The notes beneath the pieces were generated by a model. It saw only the letters and a program-made list of their open reading frames with translations. It ran no database searches and was not told where the DNA came from. A stretch of 64,000 nt of DNA from Spirochaetia bacterium (lineage in GTDB: Bacteria > Spirochaetota > Spirochaetia > CAKZLE01). Numbering within the stretch: position 1 is the stretch's first letter; each line of letters opens with the position of its first letter. The DNA lies in assembly GCA_963677595.1 (NCBI GenBank), contig OY782041.1:1056001-1120000 (forward strand), in the 5' to 3' direction. Positions 28,997-37,500 of the stretch are shown here, one piece after another. Made by a program: the position numbers and the translations under genes.

Positions 28997-30289
28997 CTAT
29001 ATGAGATTATCATGAAATGTGGGAATTGTCGAATATCCATTGTGTGATTTGGCGCTATTCCATTGTGGGAATTGGCGGTAATCTATTATGGTGCCAAGCC
29101 TGGCGGCCCAGAAGGGGATCAGGGAGAACCCGTTCAGGAACGTCAGGTTCCCGTACCGGTCTATCCAGGGATTCGAGAAGATCTTCACCGTCCAGTACCT
29201 GTTCCGGAACTGCGGTAGGAAATGCCGGTGTTCGTTCGTACTCCGCATCTCAGCCGTCAGATCCGTTCCCAGTGCCTCTACGATATGAACAGCAGCCTTC
29301 CTGCTCTCACATTGCCTTAGCAGGTCGCGGAAGTCGAGCCGGTACCAGCCATCCTCCAGGAGGCTGCCGCTCCTGGTCACGACACGTACATCCATGACCA
29401 TCAGGCCGGGCTCCGGAATCCTCCAGTCCCTGATCCTGTGGATGGTCTCCGTCCGTCCCACCTCCGGGAGCTGGGGCTCCTCCCCCCACAGGATCCTCGC
29501 TCCCTTTCCTGTATGCATGGCGGTCATGATGAGGGTGTTCCCATATTCCATCGTGATGCGGTATCCCTCCCCGGCCTCCCGGTTCAGCAGGGCAGGCTCA
29601 CAGCACTGCCCTATGAGTCCGACCAGGCAGGAACTGAGGTTCCCGATCCTCCGGTGCTGGGCGATGAACCTGTCCACCAGGAGGGAGTAGTCAGGATCAC
29701 ATCTGTAGAATGAGACCTCACAGTCATAGGTATAGTCACTGTCTGCATAGTACCATCTGATATCCTCCGGCAGTTCGAACCAGGGGTCCCGGGCCCCGCT
29801 GTTGAAGGCAGCTCCTGCCTGCCGGTACAGCTCCAGCCGGCTTATATCTTCCTGCTTGTACAGACTCAACAGGCTGAGATGCTTCTGTCTGATGAATACC
29901 GGGACCCCCTGGTACACCAGAGCCCGCCAGCACCCGTCAGGGGTGAACATGACTTGCTGCTCCGCTGCCCAGGTGACCAGCACCGGGAGCCCATGGAGTC
30001 TCTCCTGCCCCAGGCACCACAGGGCGAACTCCTCTGACGTACCGCTCCTGGGCGGGAACCACCTTGACCCGGGACAGATGCGGATCACACGATACCCGGG
30101 AGTATCATGTGGATCCCATGGTTCGTCAGTCCTGAAGATGATCGTCTTCCCGTACTTGCTCCGATCGAGCACCTCCAGCATCAGGGTCGCGTCATCGAGC
30201 TGGTCATAGGATCCGACCCGCCAGAACCAGTTATTCTCGAACCATTCAATATACTCCTGGTTGCTCTTGCTCAGAACAGGTAGTAGCAT
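28997..30289 (-). CDS. Hypothetical protein (430 aa); 3' end reads through the repeat array
   Basis: Long ORF with host-like codon usage; no recognisable motif. Confidence 0.6.
   Translation of the reverse strand: MLLPVLSKSNQEYIEWFENNWFWRVGSYDQLDDATLMLEVLDRSKYGKTIIFRTDEPWDPHDTPGYRVIRICPGSRWFPPRSGTSEEFALWCLGQERLHGLPVLVTWAAEQQVMFTPDGCWRALVYQGVPVFIRQKHLSLLSLYKQEDISRLELYRQAGAAFNSGARDPWFELPEDIRWYYADSDYTYDCEVSFYRCDPDYSLLVDRFIAQHRRIGNLSSCLVGLIGQCCEPALLNREAGEGYRITMEYGNTLIMTAMHTGKGARILWGEEPQLPEVGRTETIHRIRDWRIPEPGLMVMDVRVVTRSGSLLEDGWYRLDFRDLLRQCESRKAAVHIVEALGTDLTAEMRSTNEHRHFLPQFRNRYWTVKIFSNPWIDRYGNLTFLNGFSLIPFWAARLGTIIDYRQFPQWNSAKSHNGYSTIPTFHDNLI
29016..29084. repeat. Three degenerate 23-bp tandem units upstream of ATPase C
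   Basis: AATGTGGGAATTGTCGAATATCC / ATTGTGTGATTTGGCGCTATTCC / ATTGTGGGAATTGGCGGTAATCT. Confidence 0.8.
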
Positions 30290-31380
30290 AGTACACCTCC
30301 ATGCTTCTCGACCACCGGCTCCAGCCAGTCGAAGATATACTTCAGGGTCGGCATCATGGTCTCCCAGGCTGTTCCCGGTCGCTGGTAGAGCTCGGACCAG
30401 CCATACTTGTTGAAACAGTGCAGCCAGGTATCATCCAGCACATGCCGCTGGTAGTCCGGGGCACACAGCGTCTCGAAGAAACTCTCCCAGCTGTCATGGT
30501 CCCTCATCACATGCCAGAACTCGATCAGCTTCTTCCAATCCCTCCTGCACTCCTCCAGGATCGGGGTCTCGAACTTCCATTCCGGGGATATGCTCATGCA
30601 GAGCGATTCTGCCATGTCCAGGGCCCCGATGGTACAGGGAAGGAACATCATACAGTCCCTGGTCTCGTGAGGCGAGCATTCCAGTTCCTTATAGTCCAGG
30701 CCTGGTACCGCGACGAAGTCTGCCATGTGGAACGGTATAGCCATCCGGGGTTCACGCATGATCCCCGGATGCCAGCTGTACTGCCAGGCAGGGTCCATCA
30801 CCGTCAGGTTCATCCACTTCAGGTCCAAACAGCCACGGTACCCATCATCGAAGAACTGCAGGCCGAGGAAGCGACAGCGTTCGTCCTCATACGTCTCCAG
30901 CTGCAGGCGCTCCGGCAGGTACTCGATCGGGGCGACATACTGGATGAGGTTCTCCTCAAGGAAGTGGATCTCGGTGATACGGCTGTCGATGAGCTCGCTG
31001 TAGTGATACCGATCCCACGTACCATCACGAAGGGTGCTCCTGATACCCTGCAGGCACGCCTTCACCAGTGGCAGTCCGCAGTGGTCGACGTCGGGGACCC
31101 ACAAGGCAGCACAGCCTCCTTCCGGGCCACCAGCTCCCCAGTCAACTGCGAAATCGAAGAGCAGCATACCCCTGCTGAACAGCAGGTATTCCAACGACGT
31201 CTTACTGGAATCCGCCGCTTCACACCGGCCGCATAACGACATACGGACCGGGATCCTTCCATGGGCCTTGAGGACCCGCCCGATCAGGCGGACCTCCTCC
31301 AACAGGTATCTCGCGGCTTCTAGCGGGGTCTTGAGATCGTGCCACCCCAGTCCTCCGGGCACAGGTATAGTGTTGTTCAT
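30271..31380 (-). CDS. Hypothetical protein (369 aa, Trp/Cys-rich)
   Basis: Long ORF with AGGAGG RBS; no recognisable motif. Confidence 0.7.
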   Translation of the reverse strand: MNNTIPVPGGLGWHDLKTPLEAARYLLEEVRLIGRVLKAHGRIPVRMSLCGRCEAADSSKTSLEYLLFSRGMLLFDFAVDWGAGGPEGGCAALWVPDVDHCGLPLVKACLQGIRSTLRDGTWDRYHYSELIDSRITEIHFLEENLIQYVAPIEYLPERLQLETYEDERCRFLGLQFFDDGYRGCLDLKWMNLTVMDPAWQYSWHPGIMREPRMAIPFHMADFVAVPGLDYKELECSPHETRDCMMFLPCTIGALDMAESLCMSISPEWKFETPILEECRRDWKKLIEFWHVMRDHDSWESFFETLCAPDYQRHVLDDTWLHCFNKYGWSELYQRPGTAWETMMPTLKYIFDWLEPVVEKHGGVLCYYLF

Positions 31381-31557
31381 AGTTTTCCCTCCTGGATCAA
31401 TTAAAGGAGGAGGGTCAGGTGGTTGTATCTTGTGTTTCGAAGATACTCATGCAGTCAGGGTAGCATGGATCCCGACTGCTGTACAGCCTGTTTCTTTTCT
31501 CACTATCAGCCATTGCCCCCCTTCCCCATCCAGCCCCCTGAAGGTAGAATGGGAAGC

Positions 31558-32349
31558 ATGGACAGAGAACAGCAGCTTATGATATGTGACACCCTGCTCG
31601 AAGAGGTGGAGAGGGATTCCCGGATCCTCGACTGTTTCCGGATTGACCAGACCAGCTCGAAGTGGATCAAGTCCTACCACGACCATGCGTACCTCGAGCT
31701 GCTCTATTTCATCAGGGGCAAAGCCGATATAGAGGGGGACCACAGTCGGTCGTTCCTCGGGACCAACGACCTGATCATCTACCCTCCCCGTTTCGGCCAC
31801 AAGGAGCACATAGACTTTTCCAAGCACCAGGAGGCCTTCTGCCTCGGGGTGGCCCTCCGGGAGGAGTTCTCTTTATCGGAGGCCTTGACCATCAACGACC
31901 CTGACCATGAGCTGGAATGGATCTTCACCCAGCTGCACCGGCAGTTCCTCGAAGGCAGGATGGAGATCGCAGAACACCTGAAGCTCCTGCTCTTCCAGTA
32001 CATCAGGATCAGCAGCCAAAGCGGCAGCACCGAGCAGCCGCTGAGCATCCGGATCATCAACTACCTCGAGCACCACTACCAGGAGAAGATCTACCAGGAG
32101 GAGCTCAGTGAGCTGGTGCAGGTGAGCTCTGCCTATATGTACCGGGTCTTCCGGCAGGAGACCGGCCATACCCCGATGGACTACCTCAACCGGCTGCGGA
32201 TCTCGAAGGCACAGGCCTTCATGAGCCGGAACAACTGGACACTCGAGGAACTCGGCTCCCGGGTCGGGATCCATGACCCCAAGTACTTCTCGAAACTCTT
32301 CAGGAAGTACACGGGAGTATCATACAGCGCATACCGGAAGCAGCTCTAA
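31558..32349 (+). CDS. AraC family regulator (cupin + HTH)
   Basis: YHDH..LEL, C-terminal VGIHDPKYFSKLFRKYTGVS. Confidence 0.9.
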   Translation: MDREQQLMICDTLLEEVERDSRILDCFRIDQTSSKWIKSYHDHAYLELLYFIRGKADIEGDHSRSFLGTNDLIIYPPRFGHKEHIDFSKHQEAFCLGVALREEFSLSEALTINDPDHELEWIFTQLHRQFLEGRMEIAEHLKLLLFQYIRISSQSGSTEQPLSIRIINYLEHHYQEKIYQEELSELVQVSSAYMYRVFRQETGHTPMDYLNRLRISKAQAFMSRNNWTLEELGSRVGIHDPKYFSKLFRKYTGVSYSAYRKQL

Positions 32350-32362
32350 ACCAATCGTCCCG

Positions 32363-34195
32363 TCAGTAATCGAGCAGGATCCCAGTATAATGGCTCTGCC
32401 GGTCTGCAAACTTGTCATCCCCGATATCGATGAAGTACCGCTTCCCGTAGACCCTGAATTTCATGTACATATCCTGGGTCTCAGACGTGCATAGAGAGAT
32501 ATAGGGATCACGCCACACCTCCTCGAAGGTCTCCCCATCTCTAGTGGAGAGGACGAACGACTGCCCGGTCCGGTAGTCATCGGTCGTGATCCCGGCACGG
32601 GCAAAGGGGATGAAGACCGGGGAGGTCTCTGTCGGCTGGATCATCCTCATCCCGAAGTTGACCGGGGCATAGGGCTGGGGATCATCGAACTCGAACTCGT
32701 AGGCTAGCTCGAGGGTGGGGTATCCATCCTCGGCACAGACTTCACGGTCGATCCGGTACACCCCCTGGTTGACGGTGCTGTCATGGGTGAGCAGGATGCA
32801 GTCAGGCATGGCGAAAAAGCTCAGTGACTGGGTGATGCCTGCAACCCCTCCAGTTGGGGTGTAGCTCGAAGTCTCGATATGGTCCCAGGTCTCCCCGTGA
32901 TCATCGGTCCACCCGATCGTCCGGGATCCCTCGTTATCGCCGGTGGTGATCCAGATCCTCGGGGTCCCGTCGATCCCGTAGGGGTCGTAGAGGCAGCCGT
33001 GGATATGGCAGCCCTTCCAGGCCTCATCGTCGGGGAAGTACCCATCAGGGGCATCCCAGACATCGAAGATCTCCTCCCAGCTCTCCCCGTAGTCGTCCGA
33101 GTAGTAGACCTTTCGCGACCAGGTATGCAGGGGTACCCAATCCGTGGTGTTGTTGTATTCGATAAGCCCGTATTCCGAGAAGACGAGATGCTCCCCCGAG
33201 ACCGACAGTCCCCACTCGGGCATCGGCTGTACATGGTAGCTGGTATACTCCAGTACCTGCTCCCAGGACCGCTGGCCGCCGCTGCTCTTCCACAGTCCGG
33301 TCTCACTGCAGACACCCCGCTCGCAGAAGTCAAGGAACTCTTCCAGTGACGGAGCTTTCCCATCCGGGTAGTCTGCCGTGACATCCACTACCAGGGTCCC
33401 TTCCCAGGTGATCTCCTCCCAGCCTTCAGTGGCCCGGTTGACGACCTGGATATCGAGAGAATTAGTGACGGCAGTTACCTCCTGTCCAAGGATCTGTCGT
33501 CCCTCTGTAGAGAGGAATGCCCATTGATAGGAATCAACATCATCAGGGTCAGTCGTTGTCTGCAGGTAGACATATTCGTACCCAGGATTCAGCTCCTGTT
33601 CCGTGTCAACCATCACTGCGACATAATACTGGTGACCTGCAGTCACCTCGACATACTTACTCATATGGCCCCATTCGGCATTGGCAGTGAAATGCTGTCC
33701 TTCCCCGTCCACCGAGCAGCTCCCGAGGGAGTAGCCAGCCAACCCGTCCGCAATACCGTCACTGTCGGTGTCGATGACATGGTGGGGTTCATAGCAGAGG
33801 TTGGCTACATGCCCGTACCGGGCATCAGTCCCCCACTCATCGATGTCGAGCTCGATGCTGTGCCAGGGGTTATCGAACTCGTAGCCGCTTCCCACGGTCA
33901 CGAGGAGCTCCCCGTCTTCAAGCAGCCGGACGTCCTCTATGTAATCATCGAAGGTATGGAGATAGGTCATCTCCCGGAAGTTCTTCGTCTTCAGGAGCAT
34001 AGTGCCGTCATGCAGGTCACGGTCCTGGACCACATAAAAGGTCCCGGTCTCCTGGTCGATCTCCATGATACCCTTGAAGGTGTTCTCATTGGGATCCTTC
34101 GGGATATAGACATCATCGATATCCTGGAAGAAATCACAGCCCATGAAACTCACCAGGATAATGAACAGGGACAAACAGAACAGACTTTTTTTCAT
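32363..34195 (-). CDS. Lipoprotein with BNR/Asp-box repeats (beta-propeller glycosidase-like) and an inserted domain
   Basis: Lipobox FMG-C; YSDDYGESWE, WTDDHGETWD, STRDGETFE; HIH...YDPY...WITTGD. Confidence 0.7.
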   Translation of the reverse strand: MKKSLFCLSLFIILVSFMGCDFFQDIDDVYIPKDPNENTFKGIMEIDQETGTFYVVQDRDLHDGTMLLKTKNFREMTYLHTFDDYIEDVRLLEDGELLVTVGSGYEFDNPWHSIELDIDEWGTDARYGHVANLCYEPHHVIDTDSDGIADGLAGYSLGSCSVDGEGQHFTANAEWGHMSKYVEVTAGHQYYVAVMVDTEQELNPGYEYVYLQTTTDPDDVDSYQWAFLSTEGRQILGQEVTAVTNSLDIQVVNRATEGWEEITWEGTLVVDVTADYPDGKAPSLEEFLDFCERGVCSETGLWKSSGGQRSWEQVLEYTSYHVQPMPEWGLSVSGEHLVFSEYGLIEYNNTTDWVPLHTWSRKVYYSDDYGESWEEIFDVWDAPDGYFPDDEAWKGCHIHGCLYDPYGIDGTPRIWITTGDNEGSRTIGWTDDHGETWDHIETSSYTPTGGVAGITQSLSFFAMPDCILLTHDSTVNQGVYRIDREVCAEDGYPTLELAYEFEFDDPQPYAPVNFGMRMIQPTETSPVFIPFARAGITTDDYRTGQSFVLSTRDGETFEEVWRDPYISLCTSETQDMYMKFRVYGKRYFIDIGDDKFADRQSHYTGILLDY

Positions 34196-34511
34196 GCAGA
34201 TACCCATACAAGGTGTGTATCCCACACCTTCTCATTGAGATTGTTTCCTATACTCTCTACTCATATCTGCGTTTGTACTGACGTACATCACCATGGTATC
34301 ACCCGATGATACTGTTAACAAGGCACATACACCCTTTCTGGATAGAAAAACCACTCTCTAATACTCAGATTCTTTTTTCCTGCTCCCTACCCCCCTGCTC
34401 CCGCTGGTTTGGCTTCTATATGCGGGTGCCCCGATCACTTCCATTGGTATGGTAACAGGTTCTATGGTACTATAGCTGTATACTGACACGAGAGGACGGC
34501 ACAGCTGGAAT

Positions 34512-37500
34512 ATGAAGAAGTCCCTGCTTCCCATCATCTTCTGCATCTCACTGGTATTTCCCTCCATGCTGTATGGGGAGCCTTCCGAGTCTGCGGCACA
34601 AGGGCTTGCTGACCTGCAGGAGATAGCGACCTCCGTCGGCCTCCTCGAGGAGGCTGCAGACTTCGAATCAGACGGGTTCGATGCGGTCCACCTCAGCTGG
34701 GACCCATCTCCTGCAGCAGGTACTGCAGGCTACAACGTCTACCGGAGCATCCTGCGGTATGACCCGGAAAGAAGACCGGAGATAACCGTCGACGGGAACC
34801 TGAAGGACTGGAACTCGGTCAGGAAGGCGAACACCTACCCCTATCCGGAGGAGGACCTCCTCCACATACAGGATGTCTATGTCACCCATGATGATGCGAA
34901 CCTCTATCTTGCCGTGAAATGCACGAGCAGCATCTCCGATGCTGCGATGACGGAGATCTTCCTTGATGTGGACCAGGACCTCTTAACCGGGAGCGGTTCG
35001 AAGGACTGGCGGGGCCTGCCCATCGGGGCCGAGATCATGTTCTACTACAACCACCCCGACACCATCTACCGGAAAGTCTGGGACCCCTCCTGGGAGGGCC
35101 CCTACCCCTACAACGAGTTCGTCTCCAACAACTATGCGGACCCGGCACATGCCTGGAAGGACGCGTACGACATGACCTGGATCGGGGCAGCCGAATTCGG
35201 GACCACCAAGGCCGATGTGATCGGATCCCTCCTCGCCCGGGACATCCCGCGGAGCTGGGAGAACGATGTCTGGGAAATGAAGGTCCCCTTCGAGGACCTC
35301 CGGGAACTCACTGGCTATGAGATCGACCCAGCCCACTTCGGGATCGATATCGTGGTCTCGACCAACTTCGACCAGTTCCCTACCGTGGGCTATGGCCCCA
35401 AGTCACCGATGAAGTTCTCCTACGGCTATGAGAAGGTCAATGACGAACCTGTATCAGGCACGACCTTCGACGACCACCCGATCGACGGGCTCGAGTATGA
35501 GTACACAGTCTTCGCCGTGGACTCCACAGGAGATGAGCACCTGCTTGACGGCTGGCCGAAGACGGCTGATGTCGCGAAGTCGATGGTAGATGACTTCAAC
35601 GTCTCGATCAACGATGAGCACTCCCTTGCCGTGGAGTTCGACTTCCCCGATAACGATTCCCTCAGCGAGGTGAAGATACTCAGGAGGGATGACCGGTACC
35701 CGGAGGGTCCTTCTGACGGGGATATCATCAAGACGATCCCCTATGAGAAGGGCGGGCATGCCAGGGTCATAGACCGCGGGCTGCAGCAGGGGAAGTCCTA
35801 TTTCTATGCCGCCTACTCGACTGCGATAGACGGGACGGGTTCCATCGAGTTCTGGGACATCAAGGACCGGTCGATCCCGGCAGCAGTACGCGGCCCGATC
35901 GAGGGGCTGAGTCCCGATGACGACTACATGGCCTACTTCTCCAGCTGGGACGCGACGAGGGTCTACCTGGCGAAGAAGTATGATGTGGTCATCTGCCATC
36001 CGGGCGGCGGTTCGCAGCTGATCACCCGGGAGCAGGTTGATGAGATCCAGCGGGGCCTGGACGGGAAGAGAGGCACCGATGATGATGTCATCGTGATTGG
36101 CTATGTGTCGATCGGCGAGGACTTCGGGATCAACCCCCAGATCCTCCGGAACAACAAGGTCCTCGGTATCCACCCGAACATCGATGACTACCCCGAGGGG
36201 GTCTCGTGGGACCTGAAGAACTACTATTACCCAAGAAAACTCGAGACTTCCACGGAAGGCCCGGTTTCCTACTCCTATGAGGATGATACCTACACCCTCT
36301 CAGATGCTGATGACCCGACCTACCAGTTCCCCTCCTTCTATGTCGACATGATCGACTACATGGGACAGGGAGGAGCCGGGCAGGACGGACTTCCCGACCA
36401 GAACATCGAGTGGGGAGGACTCTTCGTCGATCCCGGCAATACGCTATGGCAGGACTTCATCCGCGAGGCCGATATAACGACCGATTATGTGGCGGGGATC
36501 GACTGGGTCCTCGGGGACGAGGACGGGGCCCTCGGCTGCGACGGCATATTTCTGGACACCGTGGGAGTATCGGCTGCCTGGAGCCAGTGGTTCCCCTACA
36601 CCTACTACGGGGACTACTTCTGGACCAGCAGCGGCTTCCTCGACTTCTTCGCCAGGATCGGGATGTGGTACCCGGACAAGATCCTCATGCCGAACCGGCC
36701 GATGCACTTCATGTTCCCCAATATGATGGGGAAGCGCTACGATGACTTCCGGTCCCTGATCAATGCCGTCTTCTGGGAGTCCTACTCAGCGGATGTCCTC
36801 TTCTGGTGGGGCGGGAACTACGCCAACATCTTCGAGGACACGGTGGTCAATGCCGAGGACAACAAGGACGACCGTGGCTTCTCCACCTTCGTCCTTGACT
36901 ACTGGAACGTCATGATCGACGCCGAGGAGGGCGGCGAGTACCAGAAGGCTCCCTGGTACGATACCCTCGAAGACCAGATCAAGCGGGCTGAGGGCAACGA
37001 CTTCATCAGCTTCGTCTCCGGTTCACGGTCCATGGCCGAGTTCTCCGACTTCGTCTACTACTACCACCACCCCGAGGAGCGGAACCTCCCCGACCTCTAT
37101 GTGCACAGCATCGGGATCGAGCGGGCAGAGAACGACCAGGTCAGCGTGAAGGTGAACATCACGAACCTCGGGAAGGCTGTCGATGACTGGGAGCACTTCT
37201 GGGTCCAGGTCTACCAGAACGACCGGCTGATCCGCGAGTTCGATATCGCGGGGCTGCGATACCTCGAGATCAAGTCCTTCGACTTCCTCATCTCCCCCGA
37301 TGATATTGGGAATGACATTCGCGTCATGGTGGATACCCGCGATGATATCGACGAGCTTGATGAGCTGCCCGGCCATGAGAGCAACAACACGAAGGGGCGC
37401 TATGTCGACCGGTACCTCGAGTTCGTCGAGGGGTGGTACCCCACCGGGTTCGCCCCTGACGTCATCATCGAGGACATCACCTTCTCCAGCGACTACCCGG

